From Macrostomum lignano (Eukaryota), in contig NIVC01004468.1 of NCBI GenBank assembly GCA_002269645.1, positions 1-44,899 of the forward strand: 44,899 bases of DNA, given 5' to 3'. The notes below the pieces were generated by a model that was given only the letters and a program-made list of their open reading frames with translations, ran no database searches and had not been told where the DNA came from. Of the stretch, positions 1-11,352 are shown in pieces (the first letter of the stretch is position 1; each line of letters opens with the position of its first letter). The position numbers were made by a program, and so were the translations under genes.

Positions 1-92
1 TCGAAGAATCTACCGGACTATGCTACCAGTTTGCCTACCAGTCGGTGTGTTTCTTGCTCCAGCAGCCGTAGCGGTTGTCAGGTGATGCATAG

Positions 93-747
93 CTCTCGGC
101 TGAACATCAATCAGGCCGCTTCCCGATCTCGGCCGTGTGGGAGGCCGCCGAAGCCGTCATGGACAGCGTCGTGTGCGGCCAGGCTCCACTGCAGGCTCAT
201 GATGTCGAATGGACAAGTAACGGAGCGCGGCTGTCGAACCTGACCAGCTCGTATCTGCAAGCGATCAACGCAACAAGCTTTACTGCTAGCAAAGTCGCTG
301 ACGTGGATCGTTAGAGCCAGTCGAACAAATGGGGTTCGTTGCTTCCTGGAGTTCACTGACTGCAACACTGGCGGGATCGGCGCCAACCTGTGGGAAGCTT
401 CCGAGAAAAGCGGCGGCGCTCGTCGTTTGCTAAGCCGACTGTCATCCTCAATTCTGATTGAGAGCTCTGAAATGATTTTACCAGACGATCCATACCAGCT
501 TGTTGACGTCGGAGTTGCCTATAACGGGACGGTCAACCAACTGAATCTGTACTTCAATGGCCGGTTTCTGACTCCCGGTGGGGTATACATTGACTACTCT
601 GGCAGTCCGAGTGTAAATGTTATGTCCTGCTTGAAAATTGGTCGACGAACAAGCTCCCACGGCTGGCTTGCTGGCATGGTGCAGGTGGTGGCGCTCTCCA
701 AGGAGTATCTGAGTGAAGAAGAAATTCGTCTGCTGTTCTTGAACTGA
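93..747 (+). CDS. 3' part of a LamG/concanavalin-A-like (jelly-roll) domain protein; 5'-incomplete, with an apparent frameshift near 285-300
   Basis: Frame 3 reads ...HDVEWTSNGARLSNLTSSYLQAINATSFTASK. Frame 1 (open 244-747) continues SLTWIVRA...VDVGVAYNGTVNQLNLYFNG...LKIGR...WLAGMVQVVALSKEYLSEEEIRLLF*. This matches the LamG_3-type pattern (V.V.Y.G....LY.NG; L.IG...F.G.I..V.....LS..EI..L). Frame 3 has stops at 69 and 90, so the 5' structure is unresolved. Confidence 0.55.
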
Positions 748-1433
748 TGATGGAGAAACTGCAAGTCAATCTCTATGGAGAATTCTATTCGAAAAACTGG
801 TCTCTCGCGATCGAAATTATCCTTAGAAAAGAGGAAGCACTACATAAACCGTGGTCATAATAATAACTATTTATAAGCAGAAATGCAATACGAATGACTT
901 TAGCTCGTATAATATTTAATACAAGCTTCAATCGGATTAAAACAAATAAACTGTGAGAACGAACCCTATTTTAACCTGGACCTGATTGATTCATTAGCGC
1001 AATGCCATATATATGGGCACTACAATTGCAGTATAAAACTTGTTTCCTTCTGGTTTGCTAGTCTGCCAAGCAAATTGACCTAGAAAATTATCGCCTGATC
1101 TCACGCCTGAGTAAAATTTAACTGGCGAGTTCTGCGCATAAGTAAGCATTCATGCAACTGGATCGGCACTCATTTAACGCGTGATAGCGACGTTGCGCCA
1201 AAGAGCGTTATGGTAGTTTGGTCTTTTACTCGTATTGCTTGGAGAGGCACTTTAAAGTCTTATCGATTCGGTGCCAGTTTTCAGGTGCCGAAGACACTGG
1301 ACTGCGCACTTTCTTTAACGCGGTGATAATATTTAAACTCTAAAAAAACGCAAAGTATGAAAAGCGCGCTGGCTCAGCTGATTTCGCCGCTTTTAAAATT
1401 AGAAAAATAATCAGAAAATTTGACACTATCAAA

Positions 1434-4330
1434 ATGAAAGAGCCAATTGAACTGAAGTCGATTGTCACCGAGCGGAGACTGCTGAAGTATCCCGAAGTGT
1501 TCGGTAGTTTGGACCGAGGTAACTATACGCAATAGGCCGTATGAATAAAATGAGCAATTGCTCAGACTCACACAAAATCTCAAGTCAGTATGAAAAAACG
1601 GAGCAGTGACTTCCGAGCAACAGCTCATGAGTTTTGACTTGAAAGTTGTTGTTCCGAGTGTCAGCGAAAAAATCCGGGGCTGAGCAAACTCTCCGGTCTG
1701 TATGAATAAACTCGGGCCATAGACAATCTTTTCTGAGCTGCAACTCACAAAATGTTGAGGCAGCCCTCTGCCTGCCTCAGCCATCTATACTCTAGTGGTT
1801 GCTGTAACTAGCGCTTTCTAGTTGCTGATGTTCTTTGATTGAGTTCTTTGGCAGTATGGCTGAGTTCTTTGCTGCACGTGCTCCCGCTCGACGGAAGTTC
1901 TATCCGGAGCGCCGATCTTCCGACTTGACTAGAGACACGGAGTATGGTCGACTCTACCGATTTTCTCGCACCAACGTGCAGTATCTGGCCGATTATAAAG
2001 AAGCTCAAGGGGAAAACAGAAAGAAGGATTCTACATAAAACACAAAGCATATACTCGTAGCATACTCTTAGAAAACAACATTTTTGTCTATGGTTCAAAG
2101 TATCGCAATATTGGAGTTACAACTCTGAGACCAAAAGTCTGAACTCTGACTAGGAGTCCCAACTTTATTCATACTGACCTTGAGCAGATGCTCCGACTCG
2201 GAGCAAAATCTCAGACCTGAGCAGTAGCTCAGTCTCAGCGTTTAAGCTTGAACTCGCAAGTTATTGCTCATTTTATTCATACGGCCTAGGTCAAATGTCA
2301 AGGGAAATTAGAACTTAATTCAACTACGAGCGTAGGCTATGCCGAAGCTTTCAGCCTTGTAGTACACTAATTATCCTGAACATAAAACCCAAGAAAAATG
2401 AGCATGGGTCCATGGCAGGCCATCAATACCATCTGCTATCGAGTATTCGCCATTGGACGATTTTTTCCAAACTTTTCCCAGGATGTTCTCTTACAAAGGT
2501 TTTGTACGTGAAGCCCGTTCCCGAGAAGCCCGAGAAGGTGTCGCTTGAAATGGCAGTTTATGCCAATAGCGACTTTGAACACGTGCTCGACTGGCTCGTT
2601 GCCAGGGCAACCGAAGAGGGCGTCATTAAAACTGCCGGACGAAAGCTTCGCGTCACTGGTGTCGGCGGCGAAAAGTTCAAGAATGAAATTGCAGCAACGA
2701 CCTGCATGGGGTGAGTTATTTCGTGAGCCTTGGCTGATAGACTTGAAGTTTACATGTAGATGGTGGGTGATCAGCTATTTTTGCACATTGCGCCAACAGG
2801 ATTGAATTCGTGGACGAGATCATGAGCCACCAGACCGGAGGTCACTTCCTGCTGAACAACTATGAAGACGACGTCTTTTGCTATGCGGATGGGCGGACAG
2901 CGGAGGAATCCAAGCCACCTGTTGAACTGCCACCGTGGATTGCTGCCTTGCAGAGTCGCATTGATGAGATTTTCACGTCGGCTGATGGTCATCGGCTGCC
3001 AGTGATCTTTGGTTTCTGTGGATCCGGCACAGTTATAAACAAGGTGCGCGTGCTTCAAAACAGTGTCGAAACTGCCTCATGCAAAGGTTTGGCTCTCAGT
3101 TCCATGTTGCCGTTTTGATTTAGTTTGAAGCGGCTTTTTAATTTCAGAAAAGCTGTAGTTGCTGTCTGTAGTGAGCGAGAGACAAGCCGGTTAGGTCTAG
3201 TCTATTGGAAGAAGTTGGGTGCAAGTTGTCCTGCTTGTCCTGCTTGTCCTGCATATATATTCGCTACAATGAGAAGAGAAGCACACCTCGCATCTCGTTT
3301 CGATTTTCCCTCCAGCTAAATGAGGACGGTACAGCTGATATGCTCGGCGTCCACTGGTTCGGTGGCAAGAGCTTCCTAGGCCTGTCGCACATGTTACTGG
3401 GCACAAACAACTATGATGAGATCATGGAGCTGGCTGCCAGAGGTGACAGGGGTAATGTGGACACTCAGGCGAAGGAGATGATCGATCAGGACGCTAAAGC
3501 CGAGTACAGGATGCTACCCGGCGATTTTCCGATGTTTCCGTTCGGCAAGTCATCAGAGGGCGCCAGTAAGTTCCAAAGCGAATACTTTAAAGCTCCAAGA
3601 TTTCTTTCAAAAGACTCGAATGCCTGATTCGGATGTATCATGACTATCGACAAAAGTAAATCCGACAATTTTGAGCAGTTCCGACTGGCAGTTTTCGCCG
3701 CGAAGACGTGGCTGCGGCTGTGGTCGGTTGCATAGTCTCCGGCCTGCTGACCCAAGTGGCCGCCTACTGCAAGTTGCACCGTATTCGCAGAGTCTACCTT
3801 GGCGGAAACTTCTTCCGAGCCAAAGTGGCCAGAGACATTCTGAGGGACTGTGCTGAAACTGTGCCGACCTATGTAAGGCTTGTCATTGGTTATAAAACTG
3901 ACATAGCTAATCACTTTTCTGGGATTTTGGGATCATGAAATTGTTCTGGAGTTCAGTTTCTGAGTCACATCGCTCTGAGGTTTATGCGCATGCATATGGA
4001 ATAAGATTTGCTTGTAGATTTTTTAACGAAAGAACCAGTGAAACTTGTACTTTGTTTATTTGAAGTTGTCAATATTGATTGGTGAAAGTGACTCAAAAGG
4101 AAGTTCTTTGCTACCTACTTTAGCAAGGACTAATTAAGTAGTTAAAGTAGTTTATGTGCTCTAGTTAATGCGTTATCCACAGCAAGTAATCCATTTCATT
4201 GCAGCGGCCTCTGCGCTTCCATTTCATGTCCAACGGCCACACCGGCTGTCTGGGTGCCTTGCAGGCGTCGGCTGCGGACGCCGCGGAGATGCGGGCCAAG
4301 CTGAGCTCCATGAAGGTGGATGAGAAGTGA
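1434..4330 (+). CDS. PANK: Divergent type II (eukaryotic/fumble) pantothenate kinase-like protein, 6 exons, 375 aa
   Basis: Exons are 1434-1518, 2482-2710, 2800-3043, 3316-3565, 3679-3872 and 4205-4330. All introns are GT-AG, phases are consistent and the total is 1128 nt. Motifs are colinear with PanK-II: FGSLDRGCSLTK (DIGGTLxK), VTGVGGEKF (ATGGGAxKF), VDEI (DE), CGSG (IGSG), FGGKSFLGL (LGGGTFxGL), ELAARGD, PFGK, EDVAAA, VYLGGNFFR, GHTGCLGAL (GYFGAVGAL). The symbol is family-level only. Confidence 0.85.
1535..2286 (+). mobile_element. Non-autonomous PIF/Harbinger-like DNA transposon (752 bp) in PanK intron 1
   Basis: Perfect 24-bp TIRs GGCCGTATGAATAAAATGAGCAAT (1535-1558, reverse complement at 2263-2286), flanked by TA on both sides. 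TATGAATAAA also recurs subterminally (~1700, ~2165). The internal remnant RRKFYPERRSSDLTRDTEYGRLYRFSRTNVQYLADY resembles the Harbinger/HARBI1 transposase N-terminus (YRFSR). Confidence 0.8.
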
Positions 4331-4785
4331 ACATCTTCGCTGCAAGTGTCGCGCACCTGCTGAAAACGAGCTTGACTTCGGGACGTAAAAGTGCCACTGA
4401 AAACGGCGAAAAATGATGATGCTGTGACTTTAAAATGCGTGAATGAAATAAAATCGTGACTGCTCTACTGATCGACGTGATGGAACTGAGTATCTAGCCC
4501 GCGCTTTGTAAAATTTAGAAATTCAGTGACGTACAAACATAGAGTTTGCCTGACTCTTCTCATAGATGTAGCCATGAAATTTTTATCCGAAACAAATTTC
4601 TGAGGGATAATTTGTGCCTGACTTATTTAAGCCCAAAATCGGCCCCTTCGGGCAAAATGTCTAAGTTAAACGATGTCACACGAAGCATGCGTTCTGTCGC
4701 CAGCTGGTTTAGTAGCTTCCAAATTAATGATCAGCAGCATTTTCCGGCTTTAAAGAAACATTTTACGCCAGAGTAACCCGGAATT

Positions 4786-4879
4786 TTCCGATCCCGGGAT
4801 CCCGGACCTGCTCATAAGACGTTCCAGGATATCCCGGACTTAGGGGCCGAGTCCCGGGCTCTCGGATCGACTTCCCTGT
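4786..4879. mobile_element. Possible solitary terminus of a hAT-like MITE (CCCGGGA/TCCCGG palindromic subrepeats)
   Basis: Clustered CCCGG/CCGGG motifs end in ...GATCGACTTCCCTG. No partner terminus was found. Confidence 0.25.
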
Positions 4880-6646
4880 CAATTGTTAAGTACGCTTGTA
4901 TATTCATTCCCAAGGCTAATCGGAAAATCCATGATTTAATAGCTAACTTTGAACAAATCAATACAAAGCAAATTTGTTCAAAAAAAGATGAATCAAAAAC
5001 CAAAAACAATCCAAGGCGTTCTAAATTACCGCCTTGGCATAAAGTAGTTCAAAAATTACCTGGCGATGGGGTTGTCCGGACAGGGAAGTGACACTCCCCC
5101 CAAAAATAGGGCCCTGGTGAACCAGGCCAAGCCAGTTTGTTTCCAAAAATTTGCTTGGTAAGAAAAATTTGCTGTGTGCACAGAATTGTCTGTGATTTTG
5201 AAATAGCAATAACAGATTTTGACAATGTTGGTCTCGTTTTAAAGCTCAGAATAAATTTCCACAACTGACACAAAAATGAGCACGAGTTCAGAACTTATGT
5301 GACACGAAAGTTAAAAGATAGGATTTTTAGCATGCTAGAAAATTGAACTTGAAAGTTGTGATGCAGAAAATCTTTGATTTTTATTTAGTCGTACAACTTG
5401 GTTTTTTTAAAAAGTAACCCCTTTCAATTGTCGCCAGTTTCTTTAAAATTCGTTAAAAAATAAGAAAGTTTCAGAATATTGTAGTTTTGGGGGTGCCTCC
5501 AGTGTTCCCAAGCTGGGAGCTTAGTAAAGATTTCGGCTATATTGATCCAAAAAGTATGTTGCAGGAAGGACGGAAAAGTTTCCGTTGATTCTTCGTACCT
5601 TTGTTTATCCAACGAGTTGGCTGGGAACTTCGAAATGAATTGAGAAGTTTGCCAAGTCGATAGATCGTAAAGTCAACAGATTCAGAAAGCGATCACAGAG
5701 GATGCGATTCGGGGATAATTTCTTAAAATTACGTTGTTACAGTGAATTTACGAGCCTCGTAAAATTGCCTCGATGAATATATGGGAATCAAATTAAAGGA
5801 AAGAGTTTAAAACTATTTCAGAAAAGATGTCGGCTTCAAATTACGAGTAAATGTCTCGTATTTCGTAAACTTTGTTGGTTTAAATTGGAATTGTAAAATC
5901 GTTGCTGAAGTACTCGTAGACTTTCGGTCTGCCTGTAAACCAGATCCAAGCAGCGAATATTAACAAAATAGTAATACATAGGGGTATTTTTATATGCAAA
6001 AGCGTCATAATCATAAGTCCGTAGGCTAATCTTCACTTGATCAAAGCTCTATTGCAGTTTAGCAGTCGAAATTTTTATGGAACGCATTGTGGTTAAAATG
6101 GTAGAAAATAGCTTGGTATTTCTACTGTTAAGTCGCAGTTCGTTGAAAATAAAAAAGCTGATCAGCTAACATAATAATAGAAGCGCTTTTAAATGTCGAA
6201 TACAGGTAGTACTGTTACTCGTGGATAGTAGTATCGCAATGTAGTTAGGGCTCGGAGTTAGGATAGATTCGTGCTTCAAGCAAAATTTTGGTACATTGCT
6301 GCTAGCATAAAAAGTGTGAAATTTGACAACTACAAGCCAAGCCAAGTCTGCTTAAAGGTACCCGTGAGCTCAGACAGCGGAAAACAACAAAGAATTAAAA
6401 ACTGCAAGGCGATCTACTACATTTAGGAGAATTCCTTTAAAAAAACCAAGCAAAAGATAAGCAAAATTAAAAATGTTTCTGCAGCAAAAGGTAATAAGCT
6501 ATTCAAAAAAACTTTAGATAAGCAAACCTGCGAAACTTGTCACTTCGAACAAGTTTAAGAGTGCAAGAATGCTACTTTATACTGTAGTTGACGATATCTG
6601 TATCGCGTATCTATAAACCGCAATGGTCGCGAGGTAAAAATGTTTT

Positions 6647-9493
6647 TCACTTGGCAACAGCCGACACAACGGTAGCAGCAGGGTTATTGGTGTAGAACTG
6701 GATGTTGTTCTCTGCCTCGGGCCTCGCGTACACTGCGTACAGCTTCGGAGCGAACAGGATCGACAGCAGCAGCGCGTGCGTGAGGCTGGACGAGAACGCA
6801 AGCAGCAACATTGCGGTAGTCAGAGAGCTGGCCGAAAGAGCGGACGGAACGAACGCCGACCACAAGAAGAGGCCGGACACTCCGCAAGCCAGGATGCACT
6901 TGGTGTCGTGAAAGTTGTCCGGAAGCGATCGGGTCTTCAGCGACAGGCCGCACGTGACAGTCAGGATCAGCAGGTTACAGCACAGCGGAGTCCAGAATGC
7001 CGTGGTCGCGATCGCGCAGTTCTTCTCCACGACTGGTCGGACCGAAGGATCGGTCACAATCTGTTTGAGCTCCGAGCTCAGTGGTCGGAACACGGTCACT
7101 CCGCTAAGCAGCAGGCACTGCAATGCACCGCATGGATGGGTTCTAATCTCATTTGCTGGTGCGTGTCATATGCTCGTAGCTACACATTTGTCCTACAGCA
7201 TGTCCTGCGTTTGTCCTACAGCATGTCCTGCATTTGTCCTACAGCATGTCCTACATTTGTCCAACAGCATGTCCTGAATTTGTCCTACAGCATGTCCTGC
7301 ATTTGTCCTACAGCATGTCCTGCATTTGTCCTACAGAATATCCTGCATTTGTCTTTAAAGCATGTCCTGAATTTGTCCTACAGCATGTCCTGCATTTGTC
7401 CTACAGAATTTCCTCACCATTCCAAAAATGACTGCGGCCAGCATCATCAGCATCGGCTTCTGTCGCGCGAGCCAAGGTACCGGACGACCCACTCTGGATG
7501 CAGAGAAGATCAGATGGACGCGAAGGGTCTTCACCAACTGACTCGCGTAGCAAGCAGTCAGGCTGAGCTGGAATGCGCAGTTCAAAGCATTGCACATTAC
7601 GTGCGAGCTGTCTACAGCGAACAGACCGAGACACGCTAGACCGAGGAGGTTCCCACACATGCACGTGACGGACAAGTGTATCGACGAGGCCTTGATGAGC
7701 TTGTGGTGTCGACGGTTGATGAACAGAGCGAGCACGACGACCAGGAAGATCGAGAGTAGAGCGAGACATGCCAGCAGCACAGGAAACTGCAGTCCGTCTC
7801 TCCACGCGTACACCGGTATCGACTCGCAGCTCAGCCGGTCTTGACTGGGCCAGTGAAACTCCGAACACGACAGACACGACTTGCCATCATCCGACACGAT
7901 CTCCTGCTTGAAGCACGGCTTGCACGTAAAGCAGCAAGCATCTGTCTCCAACTTGATTTCGCCAGCACTGCACGGAGCACTGCAGAATGACTTTGGCAGT
8001 TCCGACTGAGCTGCATGCTGATCGGAGCTCGAGTTCTGCCACCATCGAATAGGTGTGAGGTCGCTCAACGTAAGACCGGCTGACTCCGTCCACGTTCCGA
8101 CCTTCACCAACTGACCGTCCGGCTGCTCCTGACGAATCTCGTAGGCCGGCGATCCGTCACCGCTCGAGTCGAAGCTCACGTTTCCGGTTCGCATGAAAGG
8201 GAAGCTGGAGTTCGCAAGCAGCTTCATCACCTTCGGACCTGTGACACATGCACTCACAGCCGTAACATTCGGCCACTTTGTCGCGCAATCGATCAGAGCG
8301 ACACGCTCGATACACGAGACCAGAATGTTGATTGAGTCCAGAAGTCTTGCGACAGGAGCCACCTCAGAGTCGATTGATAGACTCGACTTTGAGCCGACTC
8401 TACAACTGCCGTCAGAGCAGCACGATGCAGCGCTATCCAATGTGCAGTTGAAGAGAAGTCGGAGCAGTTGTTCGCCGAACGGATAGCCGAGGACCTCAGA
8501 CCCGTTCAGTGAGTGGTAGAACTGGATGAGGTCGGGCGTGGCGAACTTTGTAAACGAGGTATAGATCGCACCCGTGGTGAAATGTTTGTAGGCAACGGAA
8601 TTCGCATCCGTTGTGATGATAACTCCTTTTCTGCTACTTATCACTTGGAGTACAAACTCAGGCATTTTGCTAAACGTGTCAAACATAAGAAAGCCACGCA
8701 GGTGGGGTACTGACTCATCTGGGTGTCGACATCCTCCTTTGTCAAAAACATGTTGATAGGTAAAGTGAAAGCCACGCACACTGTCTGACCGAATTTGCTA
8801 CTTTGCTGAAGCAGTAGACGCGTGTTCTGGAGCAGTCCTCTACCGTACACATCGTCTCTGTGCACGATTCCTACCATGGTCCAGTTGAAGTACTGCACGA
8901 GGTGTACGACTGCCTTGGCCTGGTAGCTGTCAGGAGCTACTTGACGGAACACGTTGGGGTAGAGCGTCTTGTCCGACAGAGCATCGCTGCTGCACTCGTT
9001 TCCGACCTGCGGCATGGAGTAGAGAGACAGCTGACGGGACACCAGCTGCGTCTCGCTGCTACGCCAGCCCGACACGACGGCATGAACGAAGTAGAACTTT
9101 TCTCCGAGGCTGGACACTACCTGGTCGCAGAATCCGGCAGCCGCATCAAGGCCGGTCGGGTGTGTCCATGCGGCCTTATCCGCTTCAGCATGTCCACCAG
9201 ACGACGGTCCAGGTAGCACGGATCAAGATGGAGCAGACCGAGGCGGAGATTGCGACTGGTCCATTTCGCATTGATGAGTTTAGCAGCGTAGTGCGGTGCC
9301 AGATTGCGCAGAAAAATTTGTTCGCTTATCATTGAATTGTGAGTGTCACAGTATTTATTCACACTTTGCAGAACGGCTAAGTTGATGAGGCCGTTCGGGA
9401 CGCATAGCACCTGTCCAGGGTGGTACTCTACATTCTGGCTGTAACTGTGTGCAAAAGATAAAGCGCAACAACTGTGGTTGCTGAGAGGGCCAT
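6647..9493 (-). CDS. Class C GPCR (mGluR-like; VFT-CRD-7TM), copy 1, 2 exons; three 1-bp frameshifts as assembled
   Basis: Exon 1 is 9493-7418, the intron 7417-7118 and exon 2 7117-6647. Motifs: LDPC, PQV..CSSDALSDK, PDSYQA, DVYG, TDA, CRD (FCSAPC..CCFTC.PC..C..C), KTRSLPDNF, FAPKLY. One base is missing in the A-run at 9453-9456, at 9171 and at 8703/8704. Restoring them gives a 2079-nt exon 1, the same length as corrected copy 2 (about 849 aa). Confidence 0.9.
7185..7407. repeat. 23-bp intronic minisatellite (TCCTACAGCATGTCCTGCATTTG)n, ~9-10 units, GPCR-1 intron
   Basis: Direct tandem units visible. The same repeat occurs in the introns of GPCR-2 and GPCR-3. Confidence 0.95.
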
Positions 9494-9829
9494 CGTTGCT
9501 AAAAATTTGCTAGTTTTTTTCCGTTAAGACAGAAGAAAGAGGCAGTCCGTTTTGGCAGTTTAATTTTATGTTGAGCCCGAGACTGCCAGCAATTGGCTGC
9601 TGGCCAACCCGTGGGCGCCTTTCATCGGTTCAATTTTTATAGGCTCCTATTGTGCGACTCTGATGGAGATGGTTTCTGTCGTGGAACCGGATAGAGCTGG
9701 CTGACGAAGGTTTTTAGCTGAGTGATGTATGCGATCTTGGCTTTTACCAGAGTGTCAAACAGTCTAAGAGGAAATATAATTTACTAGCGTATGCAACCCA
9801 ATAGGTAGCTATAAATTTGTCTCTTCGTT

Positions 9830-10420
9830 TGCGGATACAGGGCCATAAGGTCTAACGCAAACACTCAACTCATGATCCTTCCGATCTCTCTCGGCCTCAT
9901 CAACCACTCATCAGTCTCTGCGACAGTTAACCAGGTCCAACCAGCTACAGGTGAGAGCTCGCCAAAAGTAAACAGCCCTGTCCATTGTTCAAGTTTGGCC
10001 AGATAAAACAGAGGAAGAGAGCGAAAAAGATCTTTTAGCCTAAAACAGGAAAATTTAGTGAGCCAGCAAATATCGTATCAGCATGGCATTCCCCCTATTG
10101 GGCCTGAGCTCTAGCAGGCCGGTCATCAGGCCCTTTGCGCATGATGCAGCAGATTCGGACAATGAAGAGCAAAGGCTGGATGAATGCTCCTCTCAGTCAT
10201 TGCTTCACCGGTGTCATTTGCTATGTCCCATTTAGAATAGAGCTTGGCCGAATGATTTTTGCTAGCCAAGTTTGCAGCTCATTGCGGGTGATTCTGAGTA
10301 TTACTTGGGATTAACTTGGATGTAAAAAGTCTGATATATGCCAACACTGATGACTTTGCGGCACCCAAAACAAAGCAACTCGAAAACCTACAAAATGGTT
10401 TAATACAAACGACCAAATGC
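9830..10420 (+). mobile_element. Highly degenerate non-LTR retrotransposon RT remnant
   Basis: Broken frames give YLGLT(L)DVKSL (like KYLGxTLDxxL) near 10305-10335. No intact ORF remains. Confidence 0.3.
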
Positions 10421-11352
10421 TTGTTCCTGTCTTAGCGGGTGTAGCTCGTACTCAAAGTTTTACTTTTACCTGTTTTAATTAGTTTAAAAAGTTACTCGAG
10501 ACAATTGTGTCGCTTAGGCCACTCTATTGTGGGATCGTTTCGTGGTGTGGCAGTTCGGTCCTGTAACAGTTTTTTATATGACAGCTTGGTCATGTAACCT
10601 TCTTTCGTGTGACATTTCGGTCATAACCCTTTTGTCGTGTGGCAATTTGGTCATGTACTCGTATATCACCAAAACTGCATCAGTCAGCGATATTTGAAAA
10701 CTACACAATAACAAGAGAGTTTGAAAACTTATTGGTGAGAAAATATTTTGAACGCCTGTATGCAAGTTTCATGTGAACACTTAGCTAGATCAGAGCCGTG
10801 CGGCATTAGGCAGCTCCACCAGTATCGCAGCAGTACTGCTGTCGCAGATCTTGGGTGTTGATGTCAGCAGTTTTCGTGTGAGCTTGACGCTCTAAGTGCA
10901 AGCCAACTTCATCAGGCTGAATTTCTCCGTTTTTCGCTTGTGCAAACCATTAGGCTGGCAAGCACAATGAACTTCCGTTTTGCACTGGTCTTGCTGTCCT
11001 GAGATGATCTGTTGATTGTCGATGTTCGTGCTGCTGAGATCGTTGATGCTGCTTCTGCTGCTGCTGTTGTTTTTGTTGTTATTGACGGGCCCAGCTGGGT
11101 CACCTGGTCATTGGGCCGACGGGGACGGTCTAGCTGCAACATGGCACAGCCAGTCGTCATTGTCCCGCTCGCCTCTGGACAGGGGCCTTGCACCACCGCG
11201 TCGCCGCGCAAGTGTGCAGAGGGCATGTCGGCGAGCTTGCCACCAGGTCCACCAGGGTCAACCCCAGCGGAACCGTAATACCAGCTTTCGTGTCCGTAGC
11301 CAGCGGACCTTCCACGCCACGCCTGACAGTCCAGCACCGGCGGCCAGCCCCG

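Noticed and set aside
744-775. CTGATGA-TGGA-GAAAC-TGCAA-GTC, resembling a minimal hammerhead ribozyme core
   Set aside because: No stem I pairing (upstream TTGAA versus downstream AATCT), no G-C stem II closure, and it overlaps the LamG stop codon.
6684-8713. Antisense and alternative-frame ORFs over the GPCRs (repeated at 17727-20332 and 27124-29501)
   Set aside because: They are shadows of GC-rich GPCR coding sequence and recur only because the GPCRs are duplicated.
10912-11337. GC-rich low-complexity ORFs on both strands just upstream of the PanK pseudogene
   Set aside because: No recognisable domain, no consistent frame and no clear splice partner. Left unassigned.
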